NCBI GenBank assembly: GCA_036494495.1
Contig: DASXOF010000133.1
Span: 3,315 to 67,314 of the forward strand
Source of the DNA: Solirubrobacterales bacterium
Lineage (GTDB): Bacteria; Actinomycetota; Thermoleophilia; Solirubrobacterales; 70-9
Direction: 5' to 3'
Length of the DNA stretch: 64,000 bases
Shown here: one piece after another, positions 43,928 through 53,137 of the stretch
Layout: each line of letters opens with the position of its first letter
How positions within the stretch are numbered: position 1 is the stretch's first letter
Notes under the pieces: model-generated
What the model was told of the DNA's origin: nothing
Databases searched by the model: none
The model's input: only the letters and a program-made list of their open reading frames with translations
Made by a program: the position numbers and the translations under genes

Positions 43928-44307
43928 GCGCTCCAAGCCCGATCCGCAGCGGCAAGGCCGGCCCGGCGTGCGACCAGAGGGTGTGGACGACCCCGCAGGC
44001 GATCGACGTGATCGCCCACATGCGGGCCGAAATGGGACACCTGGTCCTGCGCCACACCGGCGGCCGCCAGGGCACCGCCGAGGCCCGGCTCGTCACCATG
44101 CCGACCCAGGCCGCGCGGGCCGACTTCTGCGTCGGCGTCGCCGGCGGCGTTCCCTTCTACGTCGACTGCGACGAAGACGCCGCCCTCGGCTACCCCGACT
44201 TCTTCGTCGACGTCGTCACCGCGCCCGGGCGCGGTGAGGCTGGCTCTCGGGAGGGCTGCCAGCAGCTGGTCAGCCGCGCCGTCGCACCGGAGCAGTGCGG
44301 GCGATGA
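43924..44307 (+). CDS. DUF779-like protein (Cys motif not conserved)
   Basis: ATG 43924 overlaps the upstream stop (ATGA). The layout VWTTPQAIDVIAHMRAEMGHLVLRHTGG...GGVPFYVD...VDVVTAPGRG resembles DUF779, but the usual GGCCDG motif is GGRQGT here. Confidence 0.4.
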   Translation: MSAPSPIRSGKAGPACDQRVWTTPQAIDVIAHMRAEMGHLVLRHTGGRQGTAEARLVTMPTQAARADFCVGVAGGVPFYVDCDEDAALGYPDFFVDVVTAPGRGEAGSREGCQQLVSRAVAPEQCGR

Positions 44308-44840
44308 CCCGCGTCCTGGTCAGCGCCGCCAGCCGCCACGGCTCGACGACCGAGATCGCCGAGGCGATCGCTCGGGGACTGCACGGGCACGGCATCGAAG
44401 CCGACGCCGTGCCGCCCGAACAGGTCGAGGTGACGAGCGATTACGACGCCTTCGTGATCGGCAGCGCCCTCTACGTCGGGCACTGGCTGGAGCCGGCGAT
44501 CGAGCTCTGCGAGCGCCTCGGCCCCGACCTCGCCGGCCGCCCGGCCTGGCTCTTCTCCTCCGGCCCGGTCGGCCCGCCGGAGAGCAGCTTCGCGAAGAAG
44601 ATGTGGACCGATCCCGTCGACCTGGAGCGGGTGCGGCAGGCCACCGGCGCCGCCGAGCACCGCATGTTCGCGGGGAAGCTGGTCCGCTCCGAGCTCAGCC
44701 GGGCCCAACGTGCGGCGCTCTTCTTCTTCAGGCGCCTCGACGGCGACTACCGCGACTGGGACGAGATCTCGGCCTTCGCAAACGAGGTCGCCGGGGCGCT
44801 GGGCGCGCCGCGGGCAGACCGGATTCGAACCAGGAGGTAG
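44304..44840 (+). CDS. flavodoxin-domain protein (HemG/flavodoxin_5-like)
   Basis: ATG 44304 overlaps the upstream stop. The product carries MTRVLVSAASRHGSTTEIAEAIA...AFVIGSALYVGHW. Confidence 0.7.
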   Translation: MTRVLVSAASRHGSTTEIAEAIARGLHGHGIEADAVPPEQVEVTSDYDAFVIGSALYVGHWLEPAIELCERLGPDLAGRPAWLFSSGPVGPPESSFAKKMWTDPVDLERVRQATGAAEHRMFAGKLVRSELSRAQRAALFFFRRLDGDYRDWDEISAFANEVAGALGAPRADRIRTRR

Positions 44841-44843
44841 GAG

Positions 44844-45914
44844 ATGAAGGCGGCGGTCGTACACGACTTCTCGCAGCCGATCGGGGTCGAGGAGGTGCCG
44901 ATCCCCGAGCCGGGCCCCGAACAGGTCCTGGTCGAGATCGAGACCTGCGGCCTCTGCCACACCGACATCCACGCCGCGCGCGGCGAGTGGCCGGTGAAGC
45001 CGAGCCCGCCGTTCATCCCCGGCCACGAGGGCGTCGGCCGCGTCGTCTCGCTCGGCCCCGGGAACCCGCACGGGATCGAGGCCGGGATGCGGGTCGCGCT
45101 GCCCTGGCTCGGCTACGCCTGCGGCGACTGCCGCTACTGCAACAGCGGCTGGGAGACGCTCTGCGAGCGGCAGCTCAACATGGGCTACTCGATCGACGGC
45201 GGCTTTGCCGAGTACGCGGTCGGATATGCCCGCCACGTCGTCCGCGTCCCCGACGGCGTCGACCTGCTCTCGGCGGCGCCCCTGACCTGCGCCGGCGTGA
45301 CCACCTTCAAGGCGGTCAAGGTCTCCGGCGCCGGCCCGGCCGACCTCGTCGCCGTCTTCGGCGCCGGCGGCCTCGGCCACCTGGCGATCCAGTACGCAGC
45401 CGCCGTCGGCGCCGAGGTGGTCGCGGTCGACGTCAACGAGGCGCGGCTGAGGACGGCACGCGAGCTCGGTGCCGAGCACCTCGTCAACGCCACCGAGGAA
45501 GACCCGGCGACGGAGCTGAAACGCCTCGGCGGGGCTGACGCCGCGATCTCGACCGCCGTCACCCCGACGGCCTTCGAACAGGCTCTCGGCGGCCTTGCCC
45601 GCGGCGGCACCCTGGTCTGCGTCGGGCTCCCCGCCGATAACGCGATGAAGCTGCCGATCTTCGAGACCGTGCTCGAGGGCCTCACCGTGCGCGGCTCGAT
45701 CGTCGGCACCCACCGCGACCTCGAGGAGGTCTTCGAGCTGCACCGGCGCGGCGTCACCAGGGTCGAGTGCGCCCCCTGCGCGCTGGACGACGTCAACACG
45801 GCGATCGGGCAGGTGCTCGACGGCAGCGCCCCGGCACCGCGGCTGGTCTTCGACATGCGCCACCCCGGGACGGCCGAGTTCGACGAGGAGATCTCGACCG
45901 CCGCCGCCGGCTAG
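44844..45914 (+). CDS. zinc-dependent alcohol dehydrogenase
   Basis: Motifs present are GLCHTDIHAARGEWP, GHEGVGRV, the structural zinc motif CGDCRYCNSGWETLC, and GAGGLGHLA. Confidence 0.9.
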   Translation: MKAAVVHDFSQPIGVEEVPIPEPGPEQVLVEIETCGLCHTDIHAARGEWPVKPSPPFIPGHEGVGRVVSLGPGNPHGIEAGMRVALPWLGYACGDCRYCNSGWETLCERQLNMGYSIDGGFAEYAVGYARHVVRVPDGVDLLSAAPLTCAGVTTFKAVKVSGAGPADLVAVFGAGGLGHLAIQYAAAVGAEVVAVDVNEARLRTARELGAEHLVNATEEDPATELKRLGGADAAISTAVTPTAFEQALGGLARGGTLVCVGLPADNAMKLPIFETVLEGLTVRGSIVGTHRDLEEVFELHRRGVTRVECAPCALDDVNTAIGQVLDGSAPAPRLVFDMRHPGTAEFDEEISTAAAG

Positions 45915-45920
45915 CCGAGC

Positions 45921-46559
45921 TCAGTCGATCAACCCGTTGGCGAGCGCGTAGCGGGTCAGCTCGGGCCGGGTCGCGAGGCCGAGCTTCTGCTGGATGTGGG
46001 CGCGGTGGGTCTCGACCGTCCGCACGCTGAGCTCCAGCTGCCCGCCGATCTCGCGGTTGGTGTGGCCGAGGGCCATCAGCCGCAGGACCTCGGTCTCGCG
46101 CGGCGAGAGCGCCGACTCCTCCTTGCCGTCCGGTCGCGAGAGGCCGGCCGAGACCGCCGCCGGCAGGTACCGCTCCCCGGCCGCGGCGGCCTTCACCGCG
46201 TCGATCAGCTCGAGGTGGGCGGCGTCCTTGAAGAGGTAGCCGAGCGCGCCCGCCTCGAGCGCCCGCCGGGCCAGGCTGAGGTCGCGTTCCATCGTCAGCA
46301 GGACCACCTCGGTCCCGGGTGCGCTCGCCCGCAGCTCGGCCACCGCGTCGACGCCGAGGCCGTCCGGCATGTTGACGTCGAGCAGCAGCACCCCCGGCGC
46401 ATTGTCGGCGACGGCCGCCCGCGCCCCGGCGAGATCGCCCGCCTCGGCGATCACCTCGATGCCGTGGCCCTCGAGCAGCGAGCGCAGCGCGCCGCGGACG
46501 ACCGCGTGGTCGTCGGCGAGCACGACGGTGATCGGCTCGGGATCGGCTCCCTCGCTCAC
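45921..46559 (-). CDS. NarL/LuxR-family response regulator
   Basis: GTG 46559 begins VSEGADPEPITVVLADDHAVVR. The receiver carries LLLDVNMPDGLG and the HTH carries LSPRETEVLRLMALGHTNREIG. Confidence 0.88.
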   Translation of the reverse strand: MSEGADPEPITVVLADDHAVVRGALRSLLEGHGIEVIAEAGDLAGARAAVADNAPGVLLLDVNMPDGLGVDAVAELRASAPGTEVVLLTMERDLSLARRALEAGALGYLFKDAAHLELIDAVKAAAAGERYLPAAVSAGLSRPDGKEESALSPRETEVLRLMALGHTNREIGGQLELSVRTVETHRAHIQQKLGLATRPELTRYALANGLID

Positions 46560-46612
46560 GGCGCCCAGCCTACCGCCGGAAACCGGGGCATCCGGGATGT
46601 GGAGGAACACGG

Positions 46613-47566
46613 ATGGGCGCCCGGCCGGCGGCACCTAGCCTGGCAGCGATGACCCCGCCCCCAACCCCCGACAGCAGCGCCGCCCACCCGCACCCCGGAG
46701 CCGCGAGGACCGGGGTGCGGGCCGGCGCCTTCGCTCGGGTCCTGGTCGGCTTCGACTCCGTTCCCGGCTCCTTCGACGCGCTGAAGCTCGGCGCCGGCCT
46801 CGCCGAGCCGGGCGAAGCCGAGCTGATCCTCACCGCGGTTCTCAGCGGCTGGCCGGAGGCGATCGCCCCGGGCGAGTACGCCGGCCTCGTGCTCGAGGAG
46901 GAGCGGCGCGTCACGCGCGAGGCCTCGGCGCTGCTCGGGGCCCGCGAGTTCAGGGTCGACGCGATCGCCGGCGGCAGCGCCGCCGAGGGCCTGCGCTCGC
47001 TGGCCGCGGCCGAGGAGGCGGACCTGATCGTGATCGGCTCGACCCACCGCGGGCCGGTCGGCCGGGTCCTGCCGGGAAGCGTCGGCGAGCGGGTGCTCGA
47101 CGGCGCGCCCTGCGCGGTGGCGATCGCCCCGCGCGGGCTCGCCGAGCGCGAGCCCGAGCTGCGCCGCGTCCTCGTCGGCTGCGACGGCAGCCGCGAGTCC
47201 CTGGCCGCGGTGGAGCTCGCCGCCACGGTCGCCGAGGCGAGCGGCGCCCGGCTGACCCTGCTCGGCGTGGTCGAGATGCGCTTCGACCTCGCCGGCTTCC
47301 CCCGTCCCGCGGCGCCGGCCGAGGTCGCCCGCATCGAGCGGGCGCTCGCGCGCGCCCGCCGCGGCCTGTCGCCGACGCTCTCGCCGGAGATCAAGGAAGT
47401 GCACGGGGTCGCGGCCGAGGTGATCGCCGCCGCCGCAGGCGACGCCGACCTGCTGGTGGTCGGCTCGCGCGGCCAGTACGGACCGCTGCGGCGGACCCTC
47501 CTCGGCAGCGTCGCGGCGAAGCTCGCCCGCAGCGCCCCCTGCGCGACGCTGATCACCCCCGCGTAG
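46613..47566 (+). CDS. tandem universal stress protein
   Basis: Two Usp domains are present (...DLIVIGSTHRGPVGRVLPGSVGERVL... and ...DLLVVGSRGQYGPLRRTLLGSVAAKL...). The start is possibly ATG 46649. Confidence 0.85.
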   Translation: MGARPAAPSLAAMTPPPTPDSSAAHPHPGAARTGVRAGAFARVLVGFDSVPGSFDALKLGAGLAEPGEAELILTAVLSGWPEAIAPGEYAGLVLEEERRVTREASALLGAREFRVDAIAGGSAAEGLRSLAAAEEADLIVIGSTHRGPVGRVLPGSVGERVLDGAPCAVAIAPRGLAEREPELRRVLVGCDGSRESLAAVELAATVAEASGARLTLLGVVEMRFDLAGFPRPAAPAEVARIERALARARRGLSPTLSPEIKEVHGVAAEVIAAAAGDADLLVVGSRGQYGPLRRTLLGSVAAKLARSAPCATLITPA

Positions 47567-47599
47567 CCCGGCATCCGCCCTGGCAGACTGGAACCGCCG

Positions 47600-48247
47600 A
47601 TGGCCGACCAGGAGCAGATCACCGTGGTCCTCGCCGACGACCACAACGTGATCCGCGCCGGCCTCCGCAACCTGCTCGAAGCCGAGCCGCGGCTGCGGGT
47701 GATCGGCGAGGGCGGCGACGCCGCGGCGGCGGCGAAGCTGACCGCCGACCGCCGTCCCGACGTCCTCGTCCTCGACCTGCAGATGCCCGGCGCCGAGCCG
47801 CGCCGCGACGTCCCCCGCCTGCGGGAGGAAGCGCCGGGGACGGCGATCATCGTCCTGACGATGCAGAGCGACCCGCGGATGGCGCGCGACCTGCTGCGCG
47901 CCGGTGCCAGCGGCTACGTCCTCAAGCAGGCCGCCGAGCGGCAGCTGGTCGAGGCGATCTTCGCCGCGGCGCGCGGCGGCTCCTACGTCGACCCCGAGCT
48001 CGGGGGCGCGATGGCGAAGCTGGAGACCGACCCGCTGGAGGCGCTGAGCGAGCGCGAGATCGAGCTGCTGCGCCTGGTCGCCCTCGGCTACACCAACCGC
48101 GAGATCGGCGAGCAGCTCTTCCTCAGCGTGCGGGCGATCGAGGTCAACCGCTCGAAGCTGCTGGAGAAGCTCGGCATCGGGTCGCGCCCCGAGCTGGTCC
48201 GTTTCGCGATCGCCAGCGGCGTGATCGAGAGCGGCGGCAGGTCCTAG
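47600..48247 (+). CDS. NarL/LuxR-family response regulator (DosR-like)
   Basis: The product carries ITVVLADDHNVIRAGL, VLVLDLQMPG and LSEREIELLRLVALGYTNREIG. Confidence 0.9.
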   Translation: MADQEQITVVLADDHNVIRAGLRNLLEAEPRLRVIGEGGDAAAAAKLTADRRPDVLVLDLQMPGAEPRRDVPRLREEAPGTAIIVLTMQSDPRMARDLLRAGASGYVLKQAAERQLVEAIFAAARGGSYVDPELGGAMAKLETDPLEALSEREIELLRLVALGYTNREIGEQLFLSVRAIEVNRSKLLEKLGIGSRPELVRFAIASGVIESGGRS

Positions 48248-49968
48248 CCGCGCCGCTGGTCGGGGCCTTCGTCGAGCGGCAGATTCGCCTCGACGCGGCA
48301 ACCCCGCTGCCCCTGCGCCGGACCGATCGAGAGCTCCCCGCCGAGCATCTCCACCCGCTCGCGCATCCCGGTCAGGCCGCGACCCTGCGGCGCCTCGCCC
48401 GCCTCGAACCCGCAGCCGTCGTCCTCGACCGCGATCTCGACCTTGCCGCCGTCCGCCCGCGCCCGCAGCGAGACGCGGCCGGCGCCGGCGTGCCTGACGA
48501 CGTTCGTCAGCGCCTCCTGGGCGAGGCGGTAGACGACCCGCTCGCGCTCGCCGCTCAGCCGCCCCTCGAGCTCGACCTCGGCCTCGATCTCGAAGCCGCC
48601 GCGGTTCGCCGCCTCGAGCGCCAGCGACTCCAGCGCCCCGGCCAGGCCGAGGCGCTCGAGCGGCGCCGGCCGCAGGTCGTCGATCAGCCGGCTCAGCTCG
48701 GTGATCTGCGCCTCGAGCTCCTCCACCGTCGCCTCGGCGGCGCCTTCCAGGCGCTCGCCGCGATCCTCCCCCCGCCCCTGCAGTGCCGCGGCCAGCGAGA
48801 TCCGGATCGCGGCCAGGCCCTGCAGGGCACCGTCGTGGAGCTCCCGCGCCCAGCGGCGGCGCTCCTCGTCGGCGACCTCGACCTGCTGCTGCAGCCGCTC
48901 GGCGCGGACCGTCTGCGCGGTGCCGATCGCGGTCGCCGCCGAGCCGGCGAAAGCCTGCAGCAGGCGCAGGTCCTCCTCGCTGAAGTCGCCCCCGCCGGCG
49001 TCGCGGTCGAGCGCGACGAGCGCCCCCACCGCGCGGCCGCGGAAGAGCAGCGGCACGACCAGCGCCGCCTCGGCCCCGACCCGCTCCCGCAGCCGTGCCT
49101 CCGACGGCGGCGATCCGGGCTCCAGGTGCCGGGCGACCCGCTCCTGCATCGCCGCCTGGAAGGCCGCGTCGGCGACCGGGATCGTCAGGCCGCTGAGGTC
49201 GCGCCCGGCGTCGCCCGCCCTGGCCAGAACCTCGAGCCGATCGCCGCGCCGCATCAGCACCAGCAGCGTCCTCGCCTCGACCAGCGCCCGCGCCCGCTTG
49301 ACGATCAGCTCGAGGACCCGGCCGACGTCGGTCTCGCCGCCCAGCGCGCGGGCGATGTCGGCGGAGGCCTCCGCCTGTCGCAGGCCCTTCGACGCCTCCT
49401 CCTCGCGCTCGCGCAGCGAGGTGTAGAGGCGGGCGTTCTCGATCGCGATCCCGGCCCAGGCGGCGAGCGTCGTCGCCGCCTCCTCGTCGCCCTCGCCGAA
49501 CTCGGCGCCCCCCTTCTTCTCGGTCATGTAGAGGTTGCCGTAGACCGCGCCGCGGATCAGGATCGGGACGCCGAGGAAGGTGCGCATCGGCGGGTGCCCC
49601 GGCGGGAAGCCGTAGGCGTGCGGGTGCTCCTCGAGGTCGGCGACCCGCAGCGGCTCGGGGTGCCGGATCAGCTCGCCGAGGACGCCGCGCCCGCGCGGCA
49701 GCGGGCCGATCACCCGCCTGGTCTCGTCGTCGATGCCGAGGTGGATGAAGCGCTCGAGCTCGGCGCCGTCGCGGTCGAGCACGCCGAGCGCCGCGTACTC
49801 GGCTTCGGTCAGGTCGCGAGCCGCCTCGACCACCGAGCGCAGCACCGTCTCCAGGTCGAGCTCGGCGACGATCGCGCTGCCGACCTCGAGCAGGCGCTGG
49901 AACCTGTCCTGTCCCGGCATGCCAGGCGAGCATAGCGCCCGTTCGGAGGACCGGACCAAAGTCCTCAA
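48244..49968 (-). CDS. tandem-GAF sensor histidine kinase (DevS/DosT-like)
   Basis: Two GAF domains are followed by HisKA_3 (ARELHDGALQGLAAI) and an HATPase domain. TTG 49968 overlaps the upstream permease stop; the alternative start is ATG 49920. Confidence 0.85.
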   Translation of the reverse strand: MRTLVRSSERALCSPGMPGQDRFQRLLEVGSAIVAELDLETVLRSVVEAARDLTEAEYAALGVLDRDGAELERFIHLGIDDETRRVIGPLPRGRGVLGELIRHPEPLRVADLEEHPHAYGFPPGHPPMRTFLGVPILIRGAVYGNLYMTEKKGGAEFGEGDEEAATTLAAWAGIAIENARLYTSLREREEEASKGLRQAEASADIARALGGETDVGRVLELIVKRARALVEARTLLVLMRRGDRLEVLARAGDAGRDLSGLTIPVADAAFQAAMQERVARHLEPGSPPSEARLRERVGAEAALVVPLLFRGRAVGALVALDRDAGGGDFSEEDLRLLQAFAGSAATAIGTAQTVRAERLQQQVEVADEERRRWARELHDGALQGLAAIRISLAAALQGRGEDRGERLEGAAEATVEELEAQITELSRLIDDLRPAPLERLGLAGALESLALEAANRGGFEIEAEVELEGRLSGERERVVYRLAQEALTNVVRHAGAGRVSLRARADGGKVEIAVEDDGCGFEAGEAPQGRGLTGMRERVEMLGGELSIGPAQGQRGCRVEANLPLDEGPDQRRG

Positions 49969-50756
49969 GCGGTGAGATCGCGGCGCTCGAAGGCCCAGGC
50001 GCCGAGCGCCGTGAGCAGCACCGCCAGCACCGTCAGCCCGAGGAAGGCGAGCGGTTCGATCCCGGCCTCGATCGCGTTGCCGTAGTACTTGAAGATCGAG
50101 CCGTAGCGAAGCCAGGAGAGGCCGGAGTCGAGCTTGCCGACCAGGTCGGCGACATAGGCCGCGACCAGGGCGCCGGCGACGACGCCGGTGACGACCGGGG
50201 TGCGCAGCGAGAAGCCGCTGACGAGCACCGCCAGCCCGGCGCCGATCAGGGCCAGCGGCCAGACCGCGGCGAATCCGGCGGCGGCGTGACCGGCGCCGAG
50301 GCCGGCGCCGGCGAGCAGGCTGCCGATCCCGGTGAGGATCGCGGTCACCAGCAGGACCCCGGCCAGCTCGACGGCGGCTCCGGCGAAGCTGGCCGCGCAG
50401 AGGCGACGCCGCGGCAGCGGCGCCGAGAGCAGCACGTCGAGGCGGCCGCTTTCGGCGGCGCCGCTGAGGTCGGCGGCGACCGCCCGGGCCGCCAGGTAGC
50501 CGGCGGCCAGCGGCACGATCAGGCTCAGCATCTCGCCGTGCAGGTACTGCTCGACGTTGTTCAGCTCGCCGATCCCGAACGCTTCCTTGAGCCCGGTCGG
50601 GTATTTCTCGACGACTTCGCGGAGAGCTCCCTGGACCGAGGGGAAGATCGCGACGATGAACGCCGACATCAGCCCCAGCGGCAGGCCCCAGGCGAGCAGC
50701 GAGCGGCGGCGGTCGTGGAGGTGGGCCGCCGTCAGGGCGAGGACCTGCGAGCTCAC
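49965..50756 (-). CDS. ABC-2 type transporter permease
   Basis: The 263-aa product has six TM segments. It has a 4-nt overlap with the ATPase gene upstream. Confidence 0.75.
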   Translation of the reverse strand: MSSQVLALTAAHLHDRRRSLLAWGLPLGLMSAFIVAIFPSVQGALREVVEKYPTGLKEAFGIGELNNVEQYLHGEMLSLIVPLAAGYLAARAVAADLSGAAESGRLDVLLSAPLPRRRLCAASFAGAAVELAGVLLVTAILTGIGSLLAGAGLGAGHAAAGFAAVWPLALIGAGLAVLVSGFSLRTPVVTGVVAGALVAAYVADLVGKLDSGLSWLRYGSIFKYYGNAIEAGIEPLAFLGLTVLAVLLTALGAWAFERRDLTA

Positions 50757-51649
50757 GGCGCTTCGGCCCCCTCGTAGAACCCGAGGAAGACCTGCTCGAG
50801 GTCCGGGTGGGTCGCCTCCAGGTCGAGGACGCGATGGGCGGCGAGCGCCTTGACGACCGGGTCGAGGTCGCCGGCGACGCTGAAGCTGACGCGCCCGTCG
50901 TCGGCCTCGAGGTCGCTGACGCCCGGCAGCGCCCGCAGGTCGGCGATGCCGGCGTGGTCGCCGAGCCGGACGCTGACCCGGCGCCGGGCGCGCCCGAGCA
51001 GCTCGCCGACCGCCTCGACCGCGATCAGCCGCCCCTCGCGCACCATCCCGACCCGGTCGCAGACCCGCTCGACCTCGTCGAGCTCGTGCGAGGAGAGGAA
51101 GACGGCCGCACCGCGCTCGCGTTCCTCTGCGACCAGGGCCAGGAACTCCTCCTGCATCAGCGGGTCGAGGCCGCTCGTCGGCTCGTCGAGGATCAGCAGC
51201 TCGGGCCGGTGGAAGCAGGCGAGGATCAGGCCGACCTTCTGCCGGTTGCCGCGCGAGAGCTGCCCCAGCGGCCGGTCGAGGTCGGCGCGGAAGCGCGAGG
51301 CCAGCTGCTCGGCCCGGCCGAGGTCGCCGAGCCCGCGCAGCCGCGCCAGCAGGCGCAGCGCTTCCCTGCCGCTCGCGGTGCGGCCGTAGCCGAAGTCACC
51401 GGGCAGGTTGCCGAGCCGGGCCCTGATCGCGACGCTGTCGCGCTGGCTGTCGAGGCCGAAGAGGCGGGCCGATCCCGCGCTCGGGTGGATCAGGTCGAGG
51501 AGGGTGCGGATCGTCGTCGTCTTGCCGGCGCCGTTCGGGCCGAGGAAGCCGAAGACCTCCCCGGGCAGCACCTCGAGGTCGACGTCCTCGATCCCCCGGG
51601 CGGCGCCGTAGCGCTTGCTCAGCCCGCGAGTCTCGATCACCGCCCCCAT
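50753..51649 (-). CDS. ABC transporter ATP-binding protein (ABC-2 exporter type)
   Basis: ATG 51649 begins MGAVIETRGLSKRYG. Motifs present are GPNGAGKTT, LSRGNRQKV and LILDEPTSGLD. The remainder of track ORF 50753..53032 is antisense to mntH. Confidence 0.88.
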   Translation of the reverse strand: MGAVIETRGLSKRYGAARGIEDVDLEVLPGEVFGFLGPNGAGKTTTIRTLLDLIHPSAGSARLFGLDSQRDSVAIRARLGNLPGDFGYGRTASGREALRLLARLRGLGDLGRAEQLASRFRADLDRPLGQLSRGNRQKVGLILACFHRPELLILDEPTSGLDPLMQEEFLALVAEERERGAAVFLSSHELDEVERVCDRVGMVREGRLIAVEAVGELLGRARRRVSVRLGDHAGIADLRALPGVSDLEADDGRVSFSVAGDLDPVVKALAAHRVLDLEATHPDLEQVFLGFYEGAEAP

Positions 51650-51757
51650 CCACGCCCAAGCTAGGCGGGTCCGGGGGGACCCATATCCGGGAAGGCCCGC
51701 ACCGGTCTCTGCGGGTTTGCCCGCGCCGCGGCATCCGGGCGCGCCTACGATCGCCGC

Positions 51758-53125
51758 ATGAGCGACGGCCGCGGCGCCGTGAAGGGCAGGGCAGACCGAA
51801 GCGGCGGCGCGGGCGCGACGCAGCCGGGCCGAGGGGTCCTGGCCCGCCACGTTCCCGGCCGCCACGCCCACGGCCGGATCGTCCGCCACCGCCGCCGGCT
51901 GCTCCGCGCCGGCGGCCTCGCCGCGCTGCTCGCGGTGCTGGGGCCGGGCGTGCTCGCCGGGCTCTCCGACGACGACCCCGCCGGGATCACCACCTACTCG
52001 ATCCTCGGCGCCCGCTACGGCTACGAGCTGATCTGGGTCCTCGTCCTCTCGACGGCGGCGCTGATCGTCTTCCACGAGCTCGGCGCCCGGCTCGGCATCG
52101 TCACCGGCAAAGGGCTGCTGACGCTGGTCCGGGAGCGCTTCGGCGGCCGCGCCGCGGCGCTCGTCCTCGCCGCCCTGGTCGTCGCCAACACCGGCACCCT
52201 CTGCGCCGAGTTCGCCGGCGTCGCCGCCGGCGCCGAGCTGCTCTTCGGGACCAGCCGCTACGTCAGCGTGCCGCTCGCCGCCCTCGCCGTCTCGGCGCTG
52301 GTGCTGCGCGAGAACTTCCGCCACGTCGAGCACGTCCTGCTGCTGCTCGGCTCGATCTTCGTCACCTACGTCATCTCCGGCGTCCTCGCCCATCCCGACT
52401 GGGGCGCCGCTGCAAGGGGCGCCGTCGTCCCCGTCCTGCCGGTGAACCGCGACGCCGTCCTCGTCGCCGTGGCCACCGTCGGCACCACCCTGGCGCCCTG
52501 GGGGCTCGCCTTCATCCAGTCCTATGTGGTCGACAAGCGGTTGCGGGTCGCCGACCTGCGGCTCGAGCGGGTCGACGTGATCGTCGGCGCCGTGCTGACC
52601 GGCGTCATCGGCCTCTTCGTCGTCGTCGCCTGCGCGGCGACGCTGCACGCCTCGGGGATCGACGTCAACGACGCCCGCGACGCGGCGACCGCGCTCGAGC
52701 CGCTCGCCGGCGGCGCCGCGGCGACCCTGTTCGGCCTCGGCTTCCTCGGCGCGGCGCTGCTGGCGGCGGCGATCGTGCCGCTCTCCACCGCGTACTCGAT
52801 CTCCGAGACGCTGGGGCGGAAAGCGGACCTCGACGACAGCTTCGGCGAGGCCCGGGTCTTCTACCTCAGCTTCGGCGCGGTCAGCGCGGTCGCCGCCGCG
52901 GTGGTCCTGATCCCCGGCGCCCCGCTGATCGAAATCCTCTACCTGACCCAGGCGCTGAACGCCGTCCTGCTGCTGGTGATGCTGCCGTTCATGCGTCGCC
53001 TCGGCCGCGACCGCGAGCTGATGGGCAGGCACGCCCTCGGCCGCGCCGGCCGGATCTCGACGGGGGTGGCGCTGGCGGCGATCGCCGCCTCGGTGCTGGC
53101 GCTCGCCGTCCTCAGCCTGACCTGA
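51758..53125 (+). CDS. mntH: NRAMP-family divalent metal transporter
   Basis: The product carries LAGLSDDDPAGITTYS...GARYGYELIWVLVLS and is multi-TM. The exact start is uncertain. Confidence 0.85.
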   Translation: MSDGRGAVKGRADRSGGAGATQPGRGVLARHVPGRHAHGRIVRHRRRLLRAGGLAALLAVLGPGVLAGLSDDDPAGITTYSILGARYGYELIWVLVLSTAALIVFHELGARLGIVTGKGLLTLVRERFGGRAAALVLAALVVANTGTLCAEFAGVAAGAELLFGTSRYVSVPLAALAVSALVLRENFRHVEHVLLLLGSIFVTYVISGVLAHPDWGAAARGAVVPVLPVNRDAVLVAVATVGTTLAPWGLAFIQSYVVDKRLRVADLRLERVDVIVGAVLTGVIGLFVVVACAATLHASGIDVNDARDAATALEPLAGGAAATLFGLGFLGAALLAAAIVPLSTAYSISETLGRKADLDDSFGEARVFYLSFGAVSAVAAAVVLIPGAPLIEILYLTQALNAVLLLVMLPFMRRLGRDRELMGRHALGRAGRISTGVALAAIAASVLALAVLSLT

Positions 53126-53137
53126 CCGGGACGGGCT

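Noticed and set aside
46560-46650. A DosR-type operator (GGGACT..AGTCCC-like palindrome) in the divergent NarL/USP promoter and upstream of the USP gene at 54032.
   Set aside because: No such palindrome is visible in either region, so I make no regulatory site call.
51650-51757. A possible Mn-responsive riboswitch or MntR operator upstream of mntH.
   Set aside because: I could not recognise yybP-ykoY-like conserved segments or a clear palindromic operator by eye. Only generic GC-rich hairpins (for example GGTCCGGGGGGACC) are present. A covariance-model scan would be needed to decide.
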